Source: Camelus dromedarius | Taxonomy: Eukaryota | Reading direction: 5' to 3' | Assembly (NCBI RefSeq): GCF_036321535.1 | Contig: NC_087438.1 | Coordinates: forward strand, 1,056,001-1,120,000 | Length of the DNA stretch: 64,000 nucleotides | Part shown: positions 1 to 12,200 of the stretch, one piece after another | Position numbering within the stretch: the stretch's first letter is position 1 | Layout of the letters: every line of letters starts with the position of its first letter | Translations under genes and position numbers: made by a program | The notes under the pieces: generated by a model | Told to the model about the DNA's origin: nothing | The model's input: the letters and a program-made list of their open reading frames with translations, nothing else | Database searches by the model: none

Positions 1-689
1 TCTCCCGCGCGGGGGTTGTCCTGGGTGCTCTCCTCACAGCTGATACACGACCCTCTCCCCCTCTGATGTCGCCGTGTGTCTGGTTTCCTTGCTCCAGGTT
101 CTCTGCCGCCGGACCAGCGCCTCCGGCCGTTGGTTTGAGCGGAGCCCCTGAAGGGTCACGTGGACGGCACTTCATATCTGTCATCTTGCTGGGCGCTGGG
201 GTCCATCACCATTTGAGACGGGAGAGCCCTCTGCAGACGAGGGCTGGCCTCCATGCGTGCCGGGGACGGGGACCCAGCCTCCCGGGGGAGCTGGGTGGGT
301 ACCGGGGAGCGTGTCCCTGGCAGGATGCAGAGGTCAGGATGGGTCCGTGGAGACTGCGCTCCCCTGTGCAGAGACGTGGACCCTGTGCCAGCTCAGGCTG
401 GGAGGGTGTTGAATACACCCTGACGGGGCTCCTGAGGTGAAGTGTGCAAACCCAGGAGGGTCCCCTGGTCGAGCCCCCACCACACAGAGACGTCAGACTC
501 TGTCCCCACTGACGCTGGGGGGGATTGGAGCCAGGCTGTCCCGCTCCACGTGTCGGGGGCGGTGTGAACCCCCCCGGTCCCCCTGAGGCCTCGGGAGGGG
601 GCGGGACGGATGCTGAGCTCAGGTGTCCGGGGCTCAGTGCTTTGGGCTCAGTGGGGCCTGAGCTGGGCTGAGTGGCGGCTCCCAAAGCC

Positions 690-1065
690 ACGTCCTGCTG
701 GAGCCTGTGACTGTGGCCTCGTTTGGAAATCGGGTCTTGGCAGATGTCATCAGGTTAGGATGGTTGTAGTGGACGAGGGTGGGCCTTAAATCCAATGGGA
801 CTGGTGTCCTTATAAAAGGGACATTTGGGCAAAGACACGGGGAGAAGCCACGTGAAGAGAGAGGCAGAGCCTGGGGAAGGGGTCCACAGCTGACAGTCAC
901 CAAGGAACGCCAGAGCCGCGGGACAGAGGCCTGGGTTGGACCCCCCGAGAGCCTCCCGAGGGGCAGCCCTGCCGCCCCGTGGTCTCTGGCTTCTGGGCTC
1001 CACCCCCAGAACTGGGAGAAATCACATTGCTGTCGCTGTAAGCCACCTGGTTTGTGGAAACCAAC
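690..1065 (+). mobile_element. MaLR solo LTR (MLT1-type), decayed
   Basis: Hallmark segments tttggaaat.gggtctt.gcagatgt, gggtgggcc.taaatccaat, gactggtgtccttataa, ccagaactg.gaga, taagccacc.ggtttgtgg. Confidence 0.8.
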
Positions 1066-2319
1066 ACAGAGTCAAAGGGCAGAGGGGTCCCGGCTGCCTC
1101 CCTGGTAATGAGGGGAGAAGACCCCCTTCAGTGCCCCTCCCCCCGCGGCCCCTCCCCCACGGCTCCTCCAGATCCTCTGTGACCACACAGGTTACAGGCA
1201 GGAGCTGCCTGTTCACCTGCTGGGCGGGTGACGTCCGGGCCCCTCACGGGGGAGGCCAGACCCCACCTTGGGCAGGCACCTGCCGTGCCTTGTCCTCTGG
1301 GGCCCATGACTGTCCTTTCCGGGGACCCCTTGGTGCTTGGTTCTGCAGGGTCAGGAGATGCAGGAATCCGTGTGACTTAGCGTGAATCGGTGTGGACCAG
1401 GGGTGGGGGGGCTCTGTGGGCAGCAGCGGGGCTGTGGCCCGAGGCTCCCCTATCTCTGCTCTCCTCTGGGGCCCCTCTGTGCTCTGGCCCTTCTCAGGGG
1501 ACAGCGGGCAGGAAGGGCAAAGATAAGGCCACTCGGGGGTTATCTGCTGACCCCTGGAGAGGCTGAGAGGGAAGTGTTGTCATCCTGGGGCACAGGGGGC
1601 CCTGACCCACTGTCAGCGCCACCACGGCCCCCCAGCCCCGCTGCCCTCCTCACACGGGTGCCTGAGTGAGTGAGCCCAACGGGCGGGTGGGGGGACAGGA
1701 GTGGGGAGCCCCAGCCGGAGCCCAAGGAGGAATCAGTGTCCAAAATAAAGGTGGTGACGGCAAGCCGCACTGCAGGCCACCCAGGGATGGCTCCTCCTTG
1801 GGCTTAAATCCGTGTTCTTCTGTTTTCCAGGAAACAGTAAGAACACTGGAAAGGCAGAAGGCAGCTTCTTTGTTAGAAAAAAACGGCATGGCACTGGACC
1901 GAGGTTCTGCGCTCATTTGTGTATAAACAGCCTCCTGCATGTGAAAGACTTTAAAAGCTTCTCCATTTACCCACAGCAACACAGCCCCACCTCATCCCAG
2001 AACCATCACGTGAGGGCGTCGTGTGAGGGGCAGAGAAGGAGCGGAGAGCAGGCGTTCCCCAGTGGTCACTGCTGTCCAGCTCCCTGTGGTCAGTTTACTA
2101 GCTGAGAGGAAGCTTCAGGACAAGTGTACTGCGCTAAGCAGCGCCCTTCCCAGTGGGCGGAGACGTCCACACACTGCTGTCCACACTTAGCGACGCACGG
2201 AGGGACCGCCGTGGGGTGGGGAGGTGTCTGCTGTCTAGCAGCCAAGGCAGCTCTGGAGCACCTGAAACGCGCTGTTTTAGCAAGCAGCCTGCACTTGTGT
2301 GGCGCAACGAATCCTTGAA

Positions 2320-2660
2320 ACCCCTTAACAATAAAAGTGACTTAATGCTGCCCCCTGGAACTATGGCTGGTTTTTATATCATTATGAAGGCACCTTGCCG
2401 AGATTTTATAAGGCACATTTGATTATTCACGCCTTATACATGTGTTGCCAAAGTGAAACAATTTTTCAGGGTGGAAGAGGTGTGATTTACAATCTTTTAA
2501 GGAGGGTTTGCTGGATTATAAATTCCATTCTAGCTTAAAAACTTATCAAAATAATAAAAACCCTGATATCTAGATAGGCAAGCGAGGGGAAATGTATTCT
2601 TAACCAACATAAACCCATGAATTACGTTCTGTAAAGTCTGCTCAAGGAAACGAATTCCAG
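2320..2660. promoter_or_regulatory. Candidate distal enhancer / CTCF-containing AT-rich island
   Basis: TGCTGCCCCCTGGAA 2346-2360 (CTCF-like), AGGTGTGA 2478-2485, TGATTTAC 2483-2490, TTATCA 2543, several TTTTATA. Confidence 0.5.
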
Positions 2661-4149
2661 AGAGCTGAGAAATGTGTCTGCCGCGTGTGCGGGAACGCGG
2701 AGCCCACCAACCCCCGCGACTGCACAGAAGCCTCCACGTGAGCCCTTCGTCAGAGGAGCAGGAGAGATTGAAAATAAACCTGTGGTTTCTGTTAGGACGT
2801 GCGTGGGGGGAGGCGGCGGCGAAAGCCGGCGAGGGAAGGTCCAGAAGCGCCCGCAAGTGAAAGCAAACTGGACGGCGGCCGAGCCCGGGGCGCAGCACCC
2901 TGGAACCCTGGGCCTCTCTTCTCCGAAGGCGGCATGGGACAGTCAGAGCCACGTGCCCTGAGCATCCCGGCTTTGAGGGTGAGGTCGCAGTGGAAACCGG
3001 CCCCCCGGGAAGCTGCGTTAAGAGTTAAGCCTGGACTGGTCCAGCCTCTGACGCTGGGACTCCCTCCACGGTGTCCGAGGGGCTGACTCTGGTGGCTGTG
3101 CTCTGAGGAGGGGCCAGGGGTGGGCCCAGCGGCTGCGCTCGCATTGCAGCTGAAGGCCACCCCCTCACACAGAGCACCGCTTTCTCTTCTGAGTCCGCTT
3201 GCGAAATGCGTTGTGTCCAGGAAGATGGACCGTCAGACCCTCCGATGTTTTCCTGGGTGTCCCTGGTCCTGGAGGGCGGAGTCGGGGCCAGTCTGGCCCG
3301 CAGTGACCACACCAGGCTCCCCGGTGCCCCCGGTAAGGCCCTTTTCGGCTTGGCCCAGCCTGATGTGGGATGCTGTCTGTGACCTGGGTCCCATGGGTTG
3401 GACACGCTGCGTGGGGAGAGTGAGGAGCTGTCACGGGGTCCATGGAGCTTCTGGGTTGGAGGGTCCACTTCGGGATCTGTGGATTGGATGGCGTGATTCA
3501 GAGTCTTGTTTTTCTCAGTGACTCAGAATAAGAAATGACTCAGCTGGATAATTCGAGGTCGGATGTGGGAGCCGGAGGGCAGAGCCACAGGCTTGGCCGG
3601 GAAGGCCCCCCCACCCCACTCCTGCCCCCGGCTGCCTGACCCCGCCCTGTGCCACCTTTGCTCTTTGAATAAACTGTTGATGGATTTAACCTGCGTCTGT
3701 TCAGTTCCACGTGATAAGACTTGGTGCTACAGCTGATGTGACGAGTTCCCCGTTCCGGGGCTGTGGCCACGCCGTGGGCGGTTTCTCTGGCTTTTGGTCC
3801 CATGGGGGGGTCTGTTTAAATGCCCTGAGCTGAGGTCTGGGTGCTGGGGCAGAGGGCCAGCAATTGGAGGGCTGGCTACGGGCTGGATGGAGGGCAGGGC
3901 GGGCTCTGTCGTGGGCTCTGGGCCTAGGGTCACCTGTCCAGCTCAGGGGGCGGGGGTCCGAGAGGCAGTCTGCGGAGAGGCCCTATGTGCGGCCGCGGGG
4001 GCCTGGGAGTGGCTTCCGGGAAGAGGCCTTGGGGGTCTGGGGCTCCTCCTCCGCTCAGGGCGGGTGTCGGTTTCCTGGCCGTGGAGCCACTTCTCGTGCT
4101 GCGCTGACCTGGAGCCCGCAGCAGGGGGATGCTAAGGCAGCCCCCTGGC

Positions 4150-4259
4150 CCTCGTCTCCCCCCAATTCCCCACCCCAGGAAGGAGGCTCAGCAGCAGGAC
4201 TTTGGCCGGGGGTCCACGCCCAGCACCTTCCCGGGTGGTCTGCCTCGCCCACCTCCCAG
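4150..4259 (+). repeat. Dispersed direct repeat copy 1 (~110 bp), paired with 7964-8077
   Basis: Direct comparison: 67/81 identical over the ungapped core. Confidence 0.9.
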
Positions 4260-4329
4260 AGGGTGTCCCCTCTGCTCAGCGTGGGGAAATCCGGACTCAC
4301 ACGTGACCTGTAGAACACGGCAATGGTGG

Positions 4330-4660
4330 AGTGTGTGATTACATGCACCAGGCCACACGATCACGACTGTGTGCAATCACATGTGTGTGATTACATGTGC
4401 ACGACCACACATGCAATTGCATTGCATGATGATCTGCACACAATTACATGCATGTGGTGACACCTGTGATCCCACCGGTGTGATGTCACAAGCATGACTG
4501 CATACACACGATCACGTGTGTAATTACAGCACACTGTCGCCTCACGGGGTCACGTTAGTGTCTGCACAGATTGCATGTATGTAAGTACACGCACGTTTAC
4601 ATTGCACGGTTATCCACACACGACTGCGCACGTGCGATCACGTGTCTGGTCACATGGCAC
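4330..4660. repeat. Degenerate purine-pyrimidine alternating minisatellite (TGTGATTACATG / CACGATCACG units)
   Basis: Recurrent gattacatg, gatcacg, aattaca words in CA/TG background. Confidence 0.7.
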
Positions 4661-6949
4661 GCGGCTGCGGTGCTGTCCTGTGAGGAGGCTTCTCCCTCGC
4701 TGGCTGTGAGGGAGCTCCAGGCACTGAAGGGACAGGGAACAGTCCCCTGTGTTCAGGCCCCACAGTCCAAGTGTCTGTGCGTGCACACACACTCACGCAT
4801 GCTCACGCGTGCTCACTCGCACACGCACTCCCAGGGCTGCTGCCCCATCTCAGCGGGACCTGGCCGAGCCCTGTCTGCAGAGCTGAGTGTTCTGCCCTCG
4901 TGGCCTGGGAGCAGGATCAGAGGGCAGGTGTCAAGTCTGTTCTAGAAGAAGGTGCTGGAGAGCAAAAGGAGCAGGTCTGGGAAGGTTCATGAGCAAACAG
5001 GAACAGAGGTGAGTGTTTTCCACGAACGGCTTTGGGGTGGGCACAGGCGTGGGGGGGGGGCAGCACTTGACATGCATCTGCTGGCCTACGGCATCTGGAC
5101 ACAGCACGTCTTTACCGTTTATTTTTCCTGAATAATCGCTGTGTTCCGGTGGCCTTCTGGTGAACCATTTCCACTCTTAGGCTGGTCAGTCAATGTCTCA
5201 AGGCCTCCCTACCTCCTGGGCAACATGGGGGCCACGGTGATGCTGTGTACATCTGTCCCCCTCGCCCACTGCTGCTCTGTGGCCACAGCTCCCAGGCCTT
5301 GCTTCCCCAGCTGGGATTCCAGGGCAGCCTGGCCGCCAGACTCCTCCTGAGCCGCCGGTCCACCTCGAGGGCGGCCCGGTGCTGAGGGGCTTACAGGGGA
5401 TACGCCCTCATCAGCCCCGGGGGACACCTCCAGCCACACCCAGGTCAGAGCTGCCGCAGCAAGAAGCGTGTGGCAGAGGGGCCACCAGGACGCCAGGCCC
5501 CTCCCCTCCCCTGATCTTTCCGGGAGCCCCATTCTAGCAGTGAAACAGACAAGGCTCAAAGTAAAGCGGCCACACTGGCCGCAGGTGCAGACCACACACT
5601 TCCTGAGCGGCAGTGGACAGCGGGGTCAGATGTGGGCAGCATCACCATGGCCCCCTCGGGTCCCTAGAGGTAGGGAGGCCTTGAGCCATTGACAGACTGG
5701 TGGTACCCATTGGCGTGTTTAGGGCATGTCTCCTCTGCATGTGGCACCGGAGGTCCTCTTTGCAGAGGTGTGTGCTGGGCGTCCACATGGGGTGTGTGCA
5801 CTTTCTTGCCTATGGGAATCGGGCAGCCACACCGGGCCCCTCACATGCCGAGTTTATCAAGTGGTGTGCAGGGCCGGCCAGCCCCAGCCCCAGACGGCTC
5901 GAGTATTTATAGAGAGACTTGCCATATGGTTCCTTAGAGGGGGGCCTCCCACGGTGCACGTGTGCACACGCTTGCACACACGCACACATGTACACAGGTG
6001 TGTGGGTGCACACGCACACATGCACGCCACCCCGTCATCTGTGAGCCTGGTCTTCAGCTCCTCGGCACCGCTGGACTTTCGAGCTCCGTGCAGAGCTGAG
6101 GTGACGCCCCCAGGAGGCTCCTTCTGTCTGGACCTGCATTTCTTTGCTCGGTCACCCCCCGCCACCGACGTGCCTGCAGTGACAGCTGGAAGGCTGGGGA
6201 AGTGTTGGCGAAGTAACCTTTCCTCACCTTTCCCTGTCGCGTCTGACCCCTGCCACTGTGGCATTTGGAAGCCCTCCCGGCTGCCACCAGCCCTGCTGCA
6301 GGATGTGAGCTGGCGGCTGCCAGGTGACACACGTCAGCGGCCAGAGGGAGCCTGACCCAGGAGGCACGCGCTGGGGGTAGTCCGTGAGCGGGAGGCGGCC
6401 CTCAGCAGCCATCTGGTGCATTCCAGAGGCTCTGGTGACCTGGAGGTGACAGGCGCCAGCCCTGCCCCCTCCAGGAGCCCGGAGAGCCAGACTGAGGCCG
6501 GAATATTCACCCACCAGCCAGCTGGGTGGTGGAATGTGGAGCAGCCCAAGGCTCTCCACAACGACGGGGGACAGGAATGCAGGTCCCCCGCGGCGGTGGC
6601 AGGCGGCCTGTCAGGGCCTGCTGGCCTCTCCCCTCCCCTGCACCTGGTCCAGGTGTCTCCACCAGCCCAGAGGCCCGGGAACAGCCCAGAACTTACCTCT
6701 TCACGGCCTGCCGGGGCTGGGCCCTGACGTCCGCCCCCCAGGGAAGGGGCTGTGGGGGGTGACGTCCGTCAGCGGGAGGCTGAGGACGTCCTGGCTCTCG
6801 TGGTCTGAGTCCTGTGTTTCCTCCTGATGTTACCAGAACAACAACCGTTCTAAAGGACGGTGAAGATGACTCTCAGGTGGCTTCACTTTAGGAAGAGCGA
6901 GATATTGGATCCTGTCGGGCCGACTCTCATTTCCTGGTTTCTTTCTATT

Positions 6950-7620
6950 TTTCAAAAATGAATGGGCTATTTTTTAGGGCTGTTTCAGGCTTACAGAAAA
7001 ATGAGCAGGAAGCAGGGCGAGCCCCCGCGTCCAGCCAGGCCCCGTCTCTCGTGCTCGGTCCTCCTGCACCCGCGGGCCACGCCTGTCACCACTGGTGGCC
7101 TGGGAGTGGACGTGACGAGTGACCGGAGTCCAGAGTTGACGTCAGGGTTCACTTTCCGTGCTGCGCATTCTATGGCTTGGACACTGAACGACACGTGTCC
7201 CCACCACAGGATTATCTAGAGTTCTGTCCCCGCCCTGAAGCCCCCTGCTCCACCCATCAGCCCTCGCCCTTCACAACCCCGACGACCCCAGCTTGGCCGC
7301 CTCCCACGTCCTGCCCTTGCTGGGCATGGCAGGGCTGGCCTCGTGCGCTCTGGAAGGGCACGGAAGCTCCTCCATGGCTTTGGTCTGTATCCCCTGCCTC
7401 TCGGGCTGCCCAAGGCTGACTCGGGTCCCTGGCTGCCCACGGGGCCCCGTGCTCTTCCCGGGGCGGCGTCCACGGCCAGGACAGCGGCCACCCGTCCTCC
7501 GCTTGGTGCCGGTGGCTCCGGGTCTCCTTCCGCCGTGTCGGCTGCAGGTGTTCCTCGGACGTGAACTCCGTTCCCCGCGTTTCCACGTCGAGCTCTGGCT
7601 CATGGCACGGGGTGCGGCTC
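6950..7620 (-). mobile_element. Old L1 (L1MC-like) 3' end fragment, strongly GC-shifted
   Basis: ttttagggctgtttcaggcttacagaaaaatgagcagg ... cattctatggcttggaca ... gccctgaagccccctgctccacc resemble the reverse 3' UTR of L1MC as I recall it. Confidence 0.6.
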
Positions 7621-7963
7621 ACTTATTCTCTCTTTAATTCAATCAAGAAGAAGCTGACTCGGAGACGCAGGCTGAGTGGGGGCCCCGCCCTGCACCTGCA
7701 CACAGGGACACACGCTGACACCTCCGGAGGCGGGGGCGGGCCTCGCCCCGGGAGCCTGGCCGGGGTCGGTCTGGAAGATGAGTGCTGTCGGAGCAGTGAG
7801 GGGACTGTGTGCACTGTCCTGTCTCCCTGACCCCTCACATGAGGCCGAGGGGCATCTTCTTCTTTCCTGGGGTCCCTGTCCTGGGCGGGGTCCCTCTCTC
7901 CTGGGGGCTGGGAAAACCGGTGTCGGGTTGGGACCCAGAGCCAGTGTGGGCCCAGGTCTGTTT

Positions 7964-8077
7964 CCTCGTCTCCCCACCATCCCCACACCGCCCCAGGTGG
8001 GAGGCTCAGTGGCAGGACCTTGGCCTGGGGTCCACGCCCAGCACCTTCCAGGATGGTCCACTTCCCCTGCCTCCCAG
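7964..8077 (+). repeat. Dispersed direct repeat copy 2, paired with 4150-4259
   Basis: Shares ggggtccacgcccagcaccttcc exactly with copy 1. Confidence 0.9.
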
Positions 8078-8829
8078 GTAAGCAGGCATCACGTGTGTTT
8101 GGCTGCCACCAGCTGGGGACCTGGGTGAACTGACCCGTGGGGATGACCCTTCTCTCTCGCTCTTGGTGGGAGCTGGGCAGCCAGTCCCCACCCCCAGGCC
8201 TTGGCTCCCATGTGGTAGTGGCTTGCGTGTCCCACAGCATGGCCAGCTTCAAGTCTGAACTCACAGCCTGGCCAGAAGGTAAGACTTAACTCTGGATGGC
8301 TTCGACTCCCCGATTCTCGATGGCTGGGGCTCCTTCCCCAGGGAGATGGAGATGCAGGTCAGGAGAGCCCATTCAGAGTGGCTGCCTGGGCCGAGGTGGG
8401 CGTGCTTGCAGCTCAGAGGGCTGGGATGGGGCTGGGCTGGACAGAGGATCAGGACGGCTCTCAGAAGGGGGAGTGTGCAGGGCTTGAGGGGGAACAGCTT
8501 GTCCTCCAGCCCTGCCTGCAAACAGAGCCTGTTCTCCAGCCTCATTGTGGCCAGTGGGGGAAGTTTACACTCTCAGCACTGATCCCAGCGTGCAGACCCC
8601 TGTGCCTACTGGGCAGAGGCGGAAAGAGAAGCACTGTGTTCTATGGTCTGGGGGCCTGCGGGGCCTGCAGGGGAGCCCACGGGGGAAGCCTGCCCATCCA
8701 GGATGGGGCTGCAGCTGGAGGCTGAGAGTCCAGGAAGAAAAACCAAGAAGGCTCCTTCTAGGCCTGACACTGACCCGGGGGCTCCAGTGATACAGAAGCA
8801 CAGGCACCAACCTGGGCTCAGAGCTGACT

Positions 8830-9240
8830 GTGTATCAGTCAGCTTTGCTGCATAACAAACACCCCCAAATCTCAAAGAGCAATTCTCATCTTCCATCTGG
8901 GCAGCAGGCTGGCCACTGCATTTCTTCTCATCATGGGCCATGTCTGGGACATGCCCTCCTGGTGGTGGACAACAGAGACAAGGGCTGTGGCAGGATGTGG
9001 CAGAGCCCATCTGGGAGGTGGGGGCTCATGTCCCTGCTGCTGATGTGGTGGGTCATGGGGAGCGGGCTTCTTCCAGGAGGTGGATGGTGTGGTGGGTGGC
9101 TCTCCTGTCACGTCATCACAGGGCTCCCTGAGGGCAAGTATGGGCCTCCACGAGTCGCTCAGAGGCAGGGCCAGCAGTGCGGCTCTCACGCCAGCCATGG
9201 GGCAGCGTAGGACAGGTGGCCACGTGAAGGCAGCATTTTG
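8830..9240 (-). mobile_element. Old MaLR LTR (MLT1 family) remnant
   Basis: Begins tgtatcagtcagctttgctgcataacaaacacccccaaatctca, typical reverse MLT1 terminus. Confidence 0.55.
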
Positions 9241-12200
9241 TGGGGGGTGAGGACCACTTACATCACGTTCTCTTCATAAGCAAGGAGATTTATGTGGCCT
9301 AGACATGGTGCTTGTCGCCAGGACTGACACTGAATCTTTGTTTACAGGCACCTGCACGTGAATATCAAGGCAAGGTTAAATGGATTGATTTATAGAAGCA
9401 ACTGGTGTATGTTCAACTGAGCCAAACATTTTAAGTTGAATTATTGGCTGAAATTGGATTTCAGAACTCAGCCAGTGGAGCCATGGGACCAAAGGTGGTT
9501 CCCGCAGCCGTTTAGTGGGAAGGCCGGTGGTCACCCCTGGGGCCTTCCTGCCTGCAGAGAGAGGGCAGTGAGGAACGGAGGCTGGATGTGCTCCTGCAGC
9601 GGCTGGTGGGCGGGCAGCGTCTCAGGCGGGTCTGAACCTGGGCCACCCGGCCTCCTGCTGGCCTGGACCCAGAGCTGACCTGTCCATGGTGGTCTGCCCA
9701 GAGGCAGGCGCTGCTCGGACCCTGCCCACCTGGGTCTGCCCCAAACTTGTTGGATGCATTTTGATTACACCGAGGAGGGGAATGATCAGGAATCTCTTTT
9801 TCGAAGAACAATTGGAGGAAAGTGAAGCTTTGTGGTGGCAAGGGTGACCTGGTCACCCTCCAGGGTGCAGAGAACATTTCCCAGATGGATGGGCAGCCTC
9901 AGTGCGACCTGGACACACTTGCCACAGCTCCACGTAATCTCCTCCCAGAAATGCTTAGCAGTCTGCCTTTTTCCTATGGAAGTGGAGGCCCGGGGCTCAG
10001 GAACGGGCCATGGAGAGGACTGACGTCCTGCCGAGGGATGTGGGGCCTGCAGTGCTGATCTGCCCAGCGGGCGGGGCCTCTGAGAGCCTGGGGTCCCGCG
10101 AGACTGCGGAGACCGGGTTTGGCCTGAGGGGGACAAGCAGCCACATGCAGACTTCTTCTCAGAAACTGCCCTCGGAGTGTCCGACGGGATGCAGTTGATC
10201 ATTGCCCTGTGGACAGATGGACAGACCGTTCCTGCGCTGCCTGTAAAGCTGTGGGTCTGACTTCTCTGCCTCTGGAGCAGTTTTCCTTGTTATTTACTTA
10301 GAGTTGCGTCTGCGGGAGGCTCGTGGGTTCACCTGGTCAGAACGTCGTCCCTGGTCACTGCTTCTCCTATTTCCACGGTTTCTCTGCCTGTTTCCCCAAC
10401 CTCTGCTCATCTGTCCTGTGAGCTGGTCCAGGGCGTGCCCCGGAGGTGAAGGAGTCCGGGGCTGGTTGGCGCTGGGAGGATGTGGATATTCTCTGCCCCC
10501 AGGAGATGCACTCAAGAGGGGCCAAGGGGGATGGAGGGACAGGCAGCCCCCCTGCCCTCCCTGGCACGTGCTGGCAACCACCCTGATGAGCTGCTCCAGT
10601 GAAAGGGGCCCTCTCCGCAGAGCCTGTGGGTCGGGTCACCCTCCTTCGGGGAAACCGAGGCTGGCTGCCCCTGCCTTGCATACTTACTCCCCACCCCACA
10701 AAGCTCTTCAGAGGGGACCCTCAGGGCGGCTATGTCAGGTCGGTCTGTGAGGTCACGTTTGTGGCACGCCCACTGTCAGGTGAGGCCATGTGCCACCAGC
10801 CCTTCTGCACGGAGCCCGTAAACGCCTGTGGGGCCCGCCGCCCTGACTCACAGCCCACGTGGCCAGACGGCAGCAGCTGTTCCTGCAGAGGAAGCGACGG
10901 CCACGTCAGCCTGCAGATCACGTGCAGTCGTGCCCGGCCTGCGTCAGCCTCAGCTCTGCTGGTGCGCAGGCTGCGAGGCGTGCAGTGCGGGCGTGAAGCT
11001 TATTTACGCAGTAAAATTGACCATAACCAAGAGAGGAAAAATAAAGGGAAAATAATATGTTTCACACTGTAATTACATAATGAAGTTTGCGCTAGAAATA
11101 TTGCTTGGCCCATGAACTTCCTCTGGGCCCACCAGGAATGCTGGACGGCAAAGCCAGCTTCTCAGGTCTCGGTTGGAGTCTTGGGAGAACACAGTTCTGA
11201 GGCGGGGCGCCCACGGACAGCTGGGGTGGTTCTTGGACTGGAACCACCTGGAAGGACTGGCCTGCACCGAGAGGAAGGGAGGGGGTCAGGTCAGGGTGCC
11301 AAGGAGAGATGAGAAGCTGGGCGTCGAGGAAGATGAATTCACTTTCTTCTCACGTAAACATGAATCCTGTGAAACAGCTCTTGGAAAGGAAGGCTGCTTA
11401 CTCAGAAAGTGAAAAAAAAAGACAGATGATTCTCTGTGCCTCCGTGTTTACTCTGACGGTGCAGCGTTCAGCTGGAATTCTGACAACAATCCACAAAATG
11501 AATGCTAAACCCCGGAGGTCTGGCTCACACGTGACCCTCCTGCGCAGAGGGGCTCAGAGGTGTTACCACGTGCAGCACCCTTTAAAGGGGCCCCGCGCGG
11601 CCCCGGTGGGGCCTCTGCGGACCCCAGACACAGGAAGGTGGTGGGACCACAGCAGCTGGGGGCACCTCGGCTCTTCCCATGGCCCCGGGGGTGTTGTCCT
11701 GCAGGAGGTCGCCCACCCAGTCCTCGTGGGCTCACAGCACAGCCCAGGGACTCCCCGCACTGCCGCCCGGTGACCTTGTCCTCGGGGCTGAGGCTGCCAC
11801 TGTGTCTGTGCTGGGGGCTGAGCAGTGCCTGGGGCCCCGGGACGGGCAGGGCTGAGGCCCCTGGCCCCCCTGGAGGGAGGAGTCCAGATCCCTCAGGGGG
11901 CAGCCGAGGGAACTTCAAACCCCGGCTGCAGTCCGGCCCAGAGGTCAATGAGGGCTGGCCTCTCGCGGCAGCCCGGCCCTGATCTACCGACTCTGTTCTG
12001 ACCCACTGGGAGGGTAGTCGGGTCTCACGCTTTCTGTGAAGTCACTGCACCTGCTGAGAATGCGGTGCTCTGGATGTCCTGTCCGACCCTGCCCTCCGGG
12101 AGGTGTCACCACGCACCGTGGCCCCTGTAGGTCTCCACTCTGCAGGTCAGTTTCCGCTGAGCTCATGGCCAGTAGCATGTGACAGCTGCCCTGTGGCCTG

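Noticed and set aside
4330..4660. Repeat-spacer-like pattern
   Set aside because: Units are irregular and degenerate, context is mammalian, no cas genes; not a CRISPR array.
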